A DNA stretch of 51,312 bases, taken from an uncultured Methanosarcinales archaeon. GTDB taxonomy: Archaea > Nanobdellota > Nanobdellia > Woesearchaeales > UBA525. The stretch covers positions 1 through 51,312 of the forward strand of contig CAYSOY010000001.1 of assembly GCA_964432865.1 (NCBI GenBank), given 5' to 3'. The position numbers were made by a program, and so were the translations under genes. Within the stretch, counting starts at the first letter, position 1; each line of letters opens with the position of its first letter. Positions 32,847-41,908 of the stretch are shown piece by piece. Under the pieces are notes generated by a model. That model was not told the DNA's origin, searched no databases, and saw nothing but the letters and a program-made list of their open reading frames with translations.

Positions 32847-33074
32847 TTATCTTCCTCTTGCCATTTTTGCTCTTGAGATATCTCCTTGTTTGTCAACGTA
32901 GTAGAGCCATCCTTCTTCTTTTATGACTCCTGCACGTTCTACTTTTTCTCTTCCGCCTTTGCCTTTCTTTCCGCCTCTTGCCATAGGCACTCTTGAGACG
33001 TCTCCTTGTTTGTCAACAAAATAGAGATATCCGCTTTCTTTGATAATTCCAACTCTTTCAACTTTTTCTCCCAT
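32847..33074 (-). CDS. 75-aa protein made of two tandem copies of a ~33-aa module
   Basis: EKVERVGIIKESGYLYFVDKQGDVSRVPMARGG is joined by KKGKGGR to EKVERAGVIKEEGWLYYVDKQGDISRAKMARG. GAGGTGG lies 8 nt upstream of the ATG. Confidence 0.6.
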   Translation of the reverse strand: MGEKVERVGIIKESGYLYFVDKQGDVSRVPMARGGKKGKGGREKVERAGVIKEEGWLYYVDKQGDISRAKMARGR

Positions 33075-33211
33075 TTTTAAACCACCTCAATATCTTCTTT
33101 ATTATTTTTTTATCAATTTAGAAGAAGGTCTTATCCTCCTTCTCTAACCTTAAGAACCCGCATATTAATAAATCTTTCGACTTCCCTCCTCTATTTGTCG
33201 TCTAAAAAATA

Positions 33212-33229
33212 TTTTTCAATATTGAAAAA
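33212..33229. repeat. 18-bp perfect palindrome TTTTTCAATATTGAAAAA (copy 1)
   Basis: Read directly from the sequence. An identical copy is at 46682-46699 and a degenerate copy is at 40684-40698. Confidence 0.9.
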
Positions 33230-33301
33230 AAATAATTTTTTACATCAAAAACATCTCTTACCGTAGAAAAATTTATAATACAACCATAACTTCAAAGAAA
33301 T

Positions 33302-33712
33302 ATGATAGACTACGACGAGATGCTAGAGAAAGGAAAAGAAGAACTTCCGGAAGAGATAGCAGAGAGTTCCAGATTCAAAGTTCCAAAAGTAAAAGGACAC
33401 ATCCAAGGGAATAAAACAATAGTCAACAACTTCGTAGATATCGCAAAAAAACTCGGCAGAGATCCAGAGCACCTCCTTAAATACGTGTTGAAAGAGTTGG
33501 CGACGCCGGGGAAGATAGTCAAACAAGCCTGTATTTTCGGAAAGAAAATCTCCGCTTCAAAGATAAACAGGAAAATAGCGGACTACGCCGATAAGTTCCT
33601 CTTCTGCCCGAGTTGCGGAAAACCGGATACGGAGATAAACAAAGAGAACAACATATACACCATGAAGTGCAAAGCGTGTGGAGCAAGGCACAGCATAAAC
33701 ACAGACATGTGA
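33302..33712 (+). CDS. translation initiation factor aIF-2 beta subunit
   Basis: YDEMLEKGKEELPE..RFKVPKV..GNKTIVNNFVDIAKKLGRDPEHLLKYVLKELAT, plus the C-terminal zinc ribbon CPSCGKPDT..CKACGA. Confidence 0.9.
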   Translation: MIDYDEMLEKGKEELPEEIAESSRFKVPKVKGHIQGNKTIVNNFVDIAKKLGRDPEHLLKYVLKELATPGKIVKQACIFGKKISASKINRKIADYADKFLFCPSCGKPDTEINKENNIYTMKCKACGARHSINTDM

Positions 33713-33759
33713 AGAATTCTCTAAAAACCAGACCAAAGAATAAGGTATATCTCTAATTT

Positions 33760-36700
33760 CTAAAACCACTTGTCAAGGTCTTCCTGTTTCTCGCTCTCTT
33801 TACCGAAAACAGACTCAACTCTCATCTTCAACAGTTCCAGGTCTTCCTTAAGATAAGGGTCGACTTCATACTTCTCAGCTATTTCAACACTTGGCTCGAG
33901 GTACTTAGTAATATTCCCCTCGGAAACAGTAAATATTAAACGACCATCGCATTCCTTGCAGTCCCCTGAGAGAGGTGGGCGTCTGTACTTTGTATTACAC
34001 TGGACGCATCTGAACTCCTGACTGGAGAACTTTTTCAAATTGCCCTTGATATCTTTCAAAAAATGTCTCTCGATAACTAACTTCGCTACTTTGCGGGGGT
34101 TGGAGGCTCTTATCTTCGAAGCCAGCTCCATCTGTCCTAAGAGTTTCTCTCTCATGCTGGGTAGGAGTTTGTAAGAAGAACACAGAACTCCTTTGTTGAA
34201 ATTGGTGGTGTCGTGTGTAAAGCCGTAGTTCTCAAACTGGTCCTCACTTCCAAGAACATCCGAGACCTGATCTACGGAGACCATCAAGGGCATCTTGTAC
34301 TGTTCAGCCGCTTTGTAGAACTCCAGCGGGTACTCCCAGGCGATGTCCAGGTGGAAAGCCATGTCATCAACTTCGGAAGGGTTCAAAAAGTAGGTCAGCA
34401 CCAGAGGAGAGTCCATCGTCCCCCCTCTTGTTTCAGGCAGGTACTCCTGGGAGAAGTTCAGAAATGCATCCATAAGAAGGATCATGCAGGACTCGTCCCC
34501 ATCACAGTCCCTCCTCATCGCTGCGTGGAACAAAGGGTGTGCCATGAACCCCTGTACTTTGCTAAAGCCTATTATCCGCCCTGTTATCCCCGCAGAAGTG
34601 TGTGGGGCGAGGCCTATGATTTTGTGGCCGAGAAGGTCTTCTCTCTTGCTACAGTTGTAGTACGGCTTCATCCCGTAGTGCCTCTCCAACATCTCGTCTA
34701 TGAACTGAGTCACTCTCAAGAAGACTTCGTCTGCCGGCTCGTTCGGGCTTTTAGGAGAGCAAGGTATTATAACGTCCTGGGGCTTCATCTCTACCACCTG
34801 GTCTTTATCTTCTATCGGCTCGCCGTGTATGTCCTTTTTATAGCCGAGTTCTCTCAATTTTTCACAACTGACACCTATCTCTTTCGGCTTGAAGTGGGTT
34901 ATAGGTACCTCTGAACAGTCGTACTTCGTAGTCCCGTCCTTGTGAACGTGAAGGGAGTGCTTCGCTCTTAAGATGCCTTTCGCAAGGTGTTCAAGAGTTC
35001 TCTTCTCGTTACTTATACCTCTGACCCCTTTTATCATGTCGGGGTATACTTTGAAGTCCAGTCTCTCAAGTGTTTCATCAAACAAGGGCTGAATGTCAAG
35101 GGATTTCGAAGAGTAGAGTTGGGTTCTGTCATTGTATCCTTCGGTCTCCTCCAACTCGCATTTATTCCCGCAAAAAACGCACTTTGGATGTACTCTCTCT
35201 TCTTCGCATTCATTGCAGTAGTAATTTGGAAACTCTGCTTCTATCCTGCCTTCATCAAGAGCAGACTGTATGCTTCTCATCCTCCCTCCTTGTTCTCCTA
35301 CGGGAAAGAGCATGTGGGGGCTTCCTTTCATCTTCCTCATCTTGGCTTTCTCGGGTCTGCCCATTCTCATACCTATGAATACTCCTGCCTTGTCCTTCAC
35401 TTTAACCGGTGAGAAGTCGTTGATTACTTCAAGAACCTCCTTGTCTTCGAACCCTCCCTCCTTTACTTTTTTAAAGATGGACTCTTTGTTCTCTCTGTTC
35501 TTATCTAAAGAAGTTATTCCCAGAGGTGTTGTCAACTGCTTAAAAGAGTCTCCTTTCAGAACTATGTACTCTTTTCCTGAAACTATGTGTTCTACGCCGA
35601 GTTTTTCAAGTACTTCTTTTAATTCTTCTGAGTTGCCGAGGATTATCTTCTCTTCCTCTTTAGATATCTCTGCGCCGTTGATTCTCTTCAGCAACAGTTC
35701 CATCTCGTCTTTGCTCAGCAACTTCCAGAACAAGGTGTGCTGTGCGTGGAGAGGGATTGAAAACTCTTCTGATATTAGAACTGCCTCTTCGAAAGAGGGC
35801 TTATTCTTAAGGGGGTTCTCCACAAACTCTTTTATACTGTTCGCAGAGAGTTCAATTTCGTCACTGCTCCTTCCGTTATTTTCAGAATGGGCTTTCTCGG
35901 AAAGTTTTTTTCTGGAGCTCGCTCCGAGGTTTATCCTCTGGGCACTTTTCTCATAGTCCAGTTCGGAGAAGGATTCTTTTATGCTCTTCTTCAATTGCTG
36001 AGACCAGTACTCCTCTGTGTAGCCCGGAGGAATCAACTTGTGTGCTCTGTCAAAGAAGTCTCCGAAGTTTACAAGAACATCCCCGAGGTAGAGTATCTCT
36101 TCCACCTTGTTCTTTTTACTCAACTTCTTGGCCTCCTCCTCTGAATTGACTCTTCGTACAGAGCCGTCTCTGAGAAGAACTATAGGCCCCTCTATTGTAT
36201 CACAGCACATGAAAGTAGTTGCCTTGCCCGGCCTCTCTGTCTTTAACTGCGTGGCTGACGCTATGAAGTCTTTCAACAGGTGCATCGTCGCGGGGTGTAT
36301 CGCCTCACCTGAAAACCCTGAGACTCTGGACCTCCCATACCTTAAGCGGAATCCTCCTGGCTCGAGGGGAAAGCCGAAGACAGGTCTTCCGGCGACAAGG
36401 TCTTTAATATAAGTGTAGTTCGGCGACAGTTCTTCAGACTTCGAAGAGTCTTCGTCGTCTTCCGAGCCCTTTCTTGCCTTGACTTTTTTCTGGAGTTCGA
36501 TGAATTCCTCTAAAAAGCTCCACTGCTCCATGTCAAACTCCTGGTACCATTCTTCAATCCGAGCCCAGAGTTTGGGCGCTTTCAAAGGAAGACAGGAACT
36601 GTGTATGAGGCAGTACCCGCTCCGTAGAGTATCAGTCTCAATTCTTGAAAGGTTCTTCAACTTAACGTTCGAGACCTCGTACCTCTCGGAAGGTGTGCCT

Positions 36701-37389
36701 GCTATTGCTACAGGCAGGTTGTTCATCATAAACATACTCTCTTCTTTACTCGGATAATACTGCAAGTTGGTGACGTAGTCGTTGTAGTCTCTCAGTTCAG
36801 CATAGCACCTTCTTTTCTCCTTCTCGCTCGGATCATATTCTTCATAGCCGAGTTTTTTCCTGACGTAGTCGGCTATCAGGACAGAGACAGAAGCGGCTGT
36901 TCCCCCCGCATTCCTTATCGGGCCCGAGTAGTTGAGTTGAAAGTATTCGCCTTTACCGTCCCTCCTCTTCTTTATATCCAGTGATGAAAACCCTTCCAGA
37001 GGGGAGGAGACCACTCCAACTGTCACGTAAGCGAACCCTACTCTTATACCTGTTTCTATTGCTTCTTTCTCTGACTCGAACTCACAGAATTCTTCCTTGG
37101 ATATCTCTAAAGCTACTTTAAAAGCGACTCGCCAGTCAAGCACACCATACTCCTCTTCCAACTCAGATATTCTATCTTTTATGCCAGAGTCTCTTATCTG
37201 CGGTGCGACTACTGAGATAAGTCCTATAACTCTGTCCGTGAGGGTCTCTGCCAGTGTTATCTCTACTTCCGCCTTTGGATCGAGTCCTTTCTTCCTGGCT
37301 TTTTCAGCGTAGTCATAAGCCTCCAGACAACTATTCTTTATCTCCTTAAAATATCTCTTCATCTCCTTGCTGTATTCTTTTCCGCTCAT
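33760..37389 (-). CDS. DNA polymerase II (PolD) large subunit DP2
   Basis: 1209 aa, recognised as a PolD catalytic subunit from memory of the family. Cys clusters are CNECEEERVHPKCVFCGNKC and CVQCNTKYRRPPLSGDCKECDG. No intein-sized insertion. Confidence 0.9.
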   Translation of the reverse strand: MSGKEYSKEMKRYFKEIKNSCLEAYDYAEKARKKGLDPKAEVEITLAETLTDRVIGLISVVAPQIRDSGIKDRISELEEEYGVLDWRVAFKVALEISKEEFCEFESEKEAIETGIRVGFAYVTVGVVSSPLEGFSSLDIKKRRDGKGEYFQLNYSGPIRNAGGTAASVSVLIADYVRKKLGYEEYDPSEKEKRRCYAELRDYNDYVTNLQYYPSKEESMFMMNNLPVAIAGTPSERYEVSNVKLKNLSRIETDTLRSGYCLIHSSCLPLKAPKLWARIEEWYQEFDMEQWSFLEEFIELQKKVKARKGSEDDEDSSKSEELSPNYTYIKDLVAGRPVFGFPLEPGGFRLRYGRSRVSGFSGEAIHPATMHLLKDFIASATQLKTERPGKATTFMCCDTIEGPIVLLRDGSVRRVNSEEEAKKLSKKNKVEEILYLGDVLVNFGDFFDRAHKLIPPGYTEEYWSQQLKKSIKESFSELDYEKSAQRINLGASSRKKLSEKAHSENNGRSSDEIELSANSIKEFVENPLKNKPSFEEAVLISEEFSIPLHAQHTLFWKLLSKDEMELLLKRINGAEISKEEEKIILGNSEELKEVLEKLGVEHIVSGKEYIVLKGDSFKQLTTPLGITSLDKNRENKESIFKKVKEGGFEDKEVLEVINDFSPVKVKDKAGVFIGMRMGRPEKAKMRKMKGSPHMLFPVGEQGGRMRSIQSALDEGRIEAEFPNYYCNECEEERVHPKCVFCGNKCELEETEGYNDRTQLYSSKSLDIQPLFDETLERLDFKVYPDMIKGVRGISNEKRTLEHLAKGILRAKHSLHVHKDGTTKYDCSEVPITHFKPKEIGVSCEKLRELGYKKDIHGEPIEDKDQVVEMKPQDVIIPCSPKSPNEPADEVFLRVTQFIDEMLERHYGMKPYYNCSKREDLLGHKIIGLAPHTSAGITGRIIGFSKVQGFMAHPLFHAAMRRDCDGDESCMILLMDAFLNFSQEYLPETRGGTMDSPLVLTYFLNPSEVDDMAFHLDIAWEYPLEFYKAAEQYKMPLMVSVDQVSDVLGSEDQFENYGFTHDTTNFNKGVLCSSYKLLPSMREKLLGQMELASKIRASNPRKVAKLVIERHFLKDIKGNLKKFSSQEFRCVQCNTKYRRPPLSGDCKECDGRLIFTVSEGNITKYLEPSVEIAEKYEVDPYLKEDLELLKMRVESVFGKESEKQEDLDKWF

Positions 37390-37477
37390 AGTTTACCTCA
37401 TAAGTTTATATAAGGGTTTATACAAAGTATTACAAAGTATACTTCATAATTTATCTATCGGTTGATTCTATGTTTTT

Positions 37478-39010
37478 TTATCCTTTGAAATTTATCACTT
37501 TTACATCTCTGGTTTTTAAGTTTACAAGAGGGAGCCTCGCGGGCTGGGGTTCAAGCCCTCTCTTTTTTTGGTCTTCCGAAATCTCAGACCAACAGGAGCA
37601 GTTAAGACAAGTTATTCCTTTATAATCTTTGTAGTCCATTCTGTGGATGTGCCCCGTTACAAAAATGTCAGGAACCTCTTCTATCACCATCGGGTCTTCT
37701 TCTGAGTCAGGAAGGTAGAGGTTGGAGTCATGGGAAGGAGCAAGGTGTCTTTTTCTGAGCAGAAGTTCCATCACAAGGTCTGACCTCTTCTGACCGCCTT
37801 TCTCCCTTATGTAAGGGATCTCTTCAGAATAGTATATCAGGGAGTAGCCGTGGTACACGAGCACTTTGAACCCCTCAAAGTCTTCAGTCGCGCCTAACCT
37901 TACAAAAGAAGGGTTGCTTGTTAAGGTCAGGTTCTCCATCTCCTTTGCGCCTTGGAGGTACTCTTCGCCCACGGCGCTCTGAGGTTCTTCCAGCCTTGTG
38001 GCGTCGTGGTTTCCCGGCGCGAATACTATTGACTTGTCCGAAGGTATTCTCTTCAAGTATTTCATAAACTGGGAGTACTGGTCTTTTATACTTTTAACTT
38101 CTAAATCCTCTTCTTGATCTGGATAAATACCGACTCCCTCTATACCATCTCCAGGTATTATTATGTATTTCACCTTGGAGGCTATTCTCCTCTGGGATTT
38201 GTTCCCGAGTTCACCTCTCAACCATTTTATCATTCTGTTAAACTCTTTCTCCATGAAAAGTTTTGAACCCACGTGTGGGTCTCCTATCACCGCAAGATAC
38301 TCTTCTTCTGGAGACTTCTTCACTTCTCTGTTGATTGGGAAGTCAGGAAAGATTATTTCGTTTATGAAAATCACGTCTCCTGTAAACTGACCTTTTATCG
38401 CTATTACTTCGTCCAGGACTACTTCGTCTCTTTTTTTAGAAAGGTCTTCTTTTTCTTTTGTAAGTATTGTTTTTATCTCGTCGGTAGGGTCTTCAAGAGT
38501 TATCATCATGTGGTTCTTCTTTGTCTTCCTTTTCTCCTTTACCATTCCTATTACTGAGACTTCTCCTCTGTCGTTCTTCGAGTTTATTCTTCTTATAGAC
38601 GTAGTTCCTGACACGTCAGGTCTTTTTCTTAGTATACTTTTCAACTTGTTGTACTTCTGGTTGAAGTATTCCACAAAATCCTCGTATTCTCTGTTATCTG
38701 ACTTCTTTCTATAGTTCATCAGAAAATCGATGTTTTCGTCTCTAACTCGGTCTTCTTTATTCTCGTCTTCTTCTCCTTCTTCAACACGTTCTCTTTCTTC
38801 TCCGCCGGTTTTATCAACGTCTTCAACTTCGTCTTTGGAGAAATTTATATTTTCAACTACGCCCGAATCTTTTCCTTTTTCCTCCAAGAGGGTCTTCAAC
38901 TTGTCTTTAGAAAGACTGTTTATAGAACTCAGTTCTTTTACGATTTCTGGACTTACAAGCACTCCTTCATCGAGAAGTTTTCTAACAATTCTCTTAACAT
39001 CAATTTTCAT
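37478..39010 (-). CDS. DNA polymerase II (PolD) small subunit DP1 (exonuclease)
   Basis: Calcineurin-like phosphoesterase motifs GDPHVGS, PGDGIEG, PGNHD and VTGHIH follow an OB region. ATG 39010 lies 2 nt after the cdc6 stop (TGA 39015-39013), suggesting translational coupling. Confidence 0.9.
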   Translation of the reverse strand: MKIDVKRIVRKLLDEGVLVSPEIVKELSSINSLSKDKLKTLLEEKGKDSGVVENINFSKDEVEDVDKTGGEERERVEEGEEDENKEDRVRDENIDFLMNYRKKSDNREYEDFVEYFNQKYNKLKSILRKRPDVSGTTSIRRINSKNDRGEVSVIGMVKEKRKTKKNHMMITLEDPTDEIKTILTKEKEDLSKKRDEVVLDEVIAIKGQFTGDVIFINEIIFPDFPINREVKKSPEEEYLAVIGDPHVGSKLFMEKEFNRMIKWLRGELGNKSQRRIASKVKYIIIPGDGIEGVGIYPDQEEDLEVKSIKDQYSQFMKYLKRIPSDKSIVFAPGNHDATRLEEPQSAVGEEYLQGAKEMENLTLTSNPSFVRLGATEDFEGFKVLVYHGYSLIYYSEEIPYIREKGGQKRSDLVMELLLRKRHLAPSHDSNLYLPDSEEDPMVIEEVPDIFVTGHIHRMDYKDYKGITCLNCSCWSEISEDQKKRGLEPQPARLPLVNLKTRDVKVINFKG

Positions 39011-39012
39011 TT

Positions 39013-40233
39013 TCAAGCCAAACTAACTTCCAACTCTTCTTTCAGAAGAGTTCTTACCCTGTCTTCTATGCCTTGTGTCATTGCAAGATTTATCTCTCTT
39101 GTCCTTCCAAACCTTCCTTTGCTGACTACTTTGGCGTTTATTATACCCAGCATGTCGAGTTCTCCTATAATATCTGATATCCTCCTCTGAGTTAGAGGTC
39201 TCAGCGTGGTGTTCTTGGAGAGTTCCTTGTAGTAACTATATATATCTCCCGTGCAGATAGGCTTTTTTTCATCTGACTGCTGATCCAACTGCATTATCGC
39301 CAGAAGTGTGAGTTGGGACTGGCTCGGCTGGCTTTTGATAATCTCCTGTATTTTGTCTTTCTCTATTTTGTCCTCTGCTATATTGAGATGTTTTATTCTT
39401 ATTTTTTCATCACCTCTCCTTTCTGCCAGTTCGCCAGCCACTCTTAGTAGTTCTAAAGCTCTTCTTGCATCTCCGTGTTCTCTCGCTGCGTACGCAGAAC
39501 ATTTTCTTATCATCTCTTCTTTCAACACACCATCGTGAAATGCGTTCTCTGCTCTCGACTCAAGTATCGACCTTATCTGAAGAGCGTCATACGCGGGGAA
39601 GAGAACCTCTTCTTCAGACAGGGAAGATTTGACTCTTGGGTCCATGTTGTTGCTGAAAGAAAGACTGTTGGTTATTCCTACTACGGATACTTGTGAGTTT
39701 TTAAGATCTGAGTTTATTCGTGTAAGGTTGTAGATTGCTTCGTCACCTGCTTTTCTTACTAAGTGATCTATCTCATCCAGGATGAGGATTACTATTTTTC
39801 TCTCTTCATCCAGGGCGGAGAAGAATGTGTTGTATACTTCGTCTGTCGGCAGTCCCGTCGGTGGTATGGATTTTCCGAGGAAACGCGCGAGTTGAGCTAC
39901 TAAACGGTACTCTGTGTCTGCGCATTTCTTCAGTTTGCAGTTGAGGTAGAACATTTCTAAAGGAATATCTTTCTTATCCGCTGTGTTTTTCATTTTTTCC
40001 ATTATATATTTTATAGATAGAGTTTTTCCCGAACCTGTTTGTCCATAGAGGAAGAGGTTTGAAGGGTTTTCTTCTCTGAGTGCGGGCGCGAGTATGTTGG
40101 CGGTCTTGTTTATCTGCTCATCTCTGTGAAGTATGTCGTCGGGTATATGTTTGGATTGAAGAACATCTTTATTTTTGAATAGAGATGTTTTGCTCATGTA
40201 GTCCTCGAAAAATTTATTAAGTTCAATGCCCAT
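39013..40233 (-). CDS. cdc6: Orc1/Cdc6 replication initiator
   Basis: Walker A YGQTGSGKT, Walker B LILDEIDH, sensor motifs, and a C-terminal winged helix (RRISDIIGELDMLGIINAKVVSKGRFGRTREI). Confidence 0.9.
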   Translation of the reverse strand: MGIELNKFFEDYMSKTSLFKNKDVLQSKHIPDDILHRDEQINKTANILAPALREENPSNLFLYGQTGSGKTLSIKYIMEKMKNTADKKDIPLEMFYLNCKLKKCADTEYRLVAQLARFLGKSIPPTGLPTDEVYNTFFSALDEERKIVILILDEIDHLVRKAGDEAIYNLTRINSDLKNSQVSVVGITNSLSFSNNMDPRVKSSLSEEEVLFPAYDALQIRSILESRAENAFHDGVLKEEMIRKCSAYAAREHGDARRALELLRVAGELAERRGDEKIRIKHLNIAEDKIEKDKIQEIIKSQPSQSQLTLLAIMQLDQQSDEKKPICTGDIYSYYKELSKNTTLRPLTQRRISDIIGELDMLGIINAKVVSKGRFGRTREINLAMTQGIEDRVRTLLKEELEVSLA

Positions 40234-40403
40234 TTTTATTTCAACTATTATTTATTTTTATCTGTTTTTATTAGTTTAACAATCTTGCCCCCTTCAAGTT
40301 TTCTGCTACATTTTCCAAAAGAAACCGAGGTTATATAAATTTATCTATTATGGAAAACATATTCTAAAAATCATAGTTTCAAGTAGCCATAACCCACCCC
40401 TTT

Positions 40404-40418
40404 GTTTCATGTGGAAAC
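40404..40418 (+). repeat. ORB-type dyad GTTTCATGTGGAAAC
   Basis: Read directly from the sequence. The extended match CACCCCTTTGTTTCATGTGGA (40395-40415) recurs at 46574-46594 with one mismatch. Confidence 0.7.
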
Positions 40419-40624
40419 TGGTCTTTTAGTAAAAGTTGTTTTAAGTTTTTTATTTTATATTATTCTTTATGTAGTATAAATTTTAATTTTTCTCCGAGGA
40501 TTTCTCCTCTAATTACTTATATTTGTTATTGTATTTATACTTGCTATACTATTTCTTCTACTTCTTAGTTTCCTCTTTCTTGTTTTTATTTTCGTCTTTA
40601 AATATTGTATTTAAGAGTTCTGTT

Positions 40625-40637
40625 TTCCACTTGAAAC
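40625..40637 (-). repeat. ORB-type element TTCCACTTGAAAC (= GTTTCAAGTGGAA on minus)
   Basis: Read directly from the sequence. Its orientation is opposite to the 40404 copy. Confidence 0.65.
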
Positions 40638-40798
40638 AAGGTTTTTATTACTATATAATATAATATTAATTATAATATATTTATTTTCTATATTGAAATA
40701 AATTAAATTTTAAAAAGCAGAACATATTACTTATTTTATCCAGTCACTTAAGATACTAATACTTACTCTCTTTTTCACAATTTTATTTTATACTAAGG

Positions 40799-40811
40799 TT
40801 CCACACGAAAC
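40799..40811 (-). repeat. ORB-type element TTCCACACGAAAC (= GTTTCGTGTGGAA on minus)
   Basis: Read directly from the sequence. A weaker fourth copy, TTCCAAAAGAAAC, is at 40313-40325. Confidence 0.65.
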
Positions 40812-40938
40812 CATGGTGTCTCACTGAAAAACACCAAAAATAATTTTAACTACCTTAAAATAATAAAAACCAAAAGATTTATAAAGAACAGGTCATTATC
40901 CAAACAATACGAAATTAATTTGAGTCAATGGTGAAAAA

Positions 40939-41763
40939 ATGATTGTAGAAAAAGAATTCCTAAACAAAATAAAGAAGTTCGGAATAAACACGTACGAAGC
41001 AAAGATATGGACAGCGCTTCTTTCAAGAGGGGTCTCCACAGCAGGAGAACTTTCGGAAATATCTGACGTGCCTCGAAGTAGAAGCTACGACGTTCTCGAA
41101 AGCCTTGAAAAAAAAGGTTTTATAATAAGAAAAGTAGGAAAACCTATAAAGTACATAGCTGTTTCTCCAGAAGAAGTCTTGGAGAGAGTTAAGAAAAAAA
41201 TAAAGAAAGACTCTAAAAAGAAAAGAGAATCACTTGAGGATATGAAGGATACTGAGACACTCAACGAATTGAAAGAACTCCACAAAAAAGGAGTAGATAC
41301 AGTAGATCCATCCGAAGTCACAGGGGCTTTAAACAACAGAGAGAATACTTATGATCAACTAATGAGTATGATAAAAGGTGCAGAAGAGTCTATATACTTG
41401 TTAACGACTCCTCAAGGAATGGTTAGAAAGTCCAAGGTTTTAGAGAGATACCTCTACAAGGCTGCAGAGAGAGGAGTGGATGTAAAAGTATCAGCTCCGA
41501 AAACTGAAGAAGTAGAGGAAATTTTCGAGAGAATAAATCAGTTCGGAGAAGCAAGGTATGTGAAGGATATAGAATCAAGGTTCTGCATAGTAGACAAGGA
41601 AGAACTAATCTTTATGCTGATGCACGACGAAGAAGTCCACCCTGTCTATGATGTCGGCGTATGGGTGAATACACCTTTCTTTGCCGAAACACTGTCAGAA
41701 CTCTTTGAAAAAGCGTGGGAGAGCGAAGAGAAGAGCATCAAAGTTGAAGCCAAGAACAAATAA
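40939..41763 (+). CDS. TrmB-family transcriptional regulator
   Basis: INTYEAKIWTALLSRGVSTAGELSEISDVPRSRSYDVLESLEKKGFI is the TrmB wHTH. A PLD-like C-terminal domain follows. Confidence 0.8.
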   Translation: MIVEKEFLNKIKKFGINTYEAKIWTALLSRGVSTAGELSEISDVPRSRSYDVLESLEKKGFIIRKVGKPIKYIAVSPEEVLERVKKKIKKDSKKKRESLEDMKDTETLNELKELHKKGVDTVDPSEVTGALNNRENTYDQLMSMIKGAEESIYLLTTPQGMVRKSKVLERYLYKAAERGVDVKVSAPKTEEVEEIFERINQFGEARYVKDIESRFCIVDKEELIFMLMHDEEVHPVYDVGVWVNTPFFAETLSELFEKAWESEEKSIKVEAKNK

Positions 41764-41908
41764 TTTTCTTTTTTTTAACTGATTAATCAGAGAACAAAAA
41801 AATAAATAGATTTAAGAGTGTTCTAATCAACTTTTTTTTACTACTTGCTTCTATTTCTGACAAAACTTAACAAAAAAGTATATAAATAAGTTTTTTATTG
41901 GATAAATC

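Larger units (their letters stand above)
40234..40938. other. putative replication origin (oriC) with ORB/mini-ORB dyads and an AT-rich unwinding region
   Basis: 705 bp without a credible ORF, strongly AT-rich, directly upstream of cdc6. ORB-type repeats occur in opposing orientations (listed separately). Confidence 0.7.

Noticed and set aside
34213-35956. Long plus-strand ORFs inside polD DP2 (34213..34914, 35270..35956); similar ones are found inside mcm (44175..44753, 45066..45551), pan (27126..27704) and the K-rich gene (29454..30029)
   Set aside because: They are antisense shadows of strongly codon-biased or low-complexity genes. Their S/L/F-rich translations carry no motifs, while the sense frames carry unmistakable family signatures.
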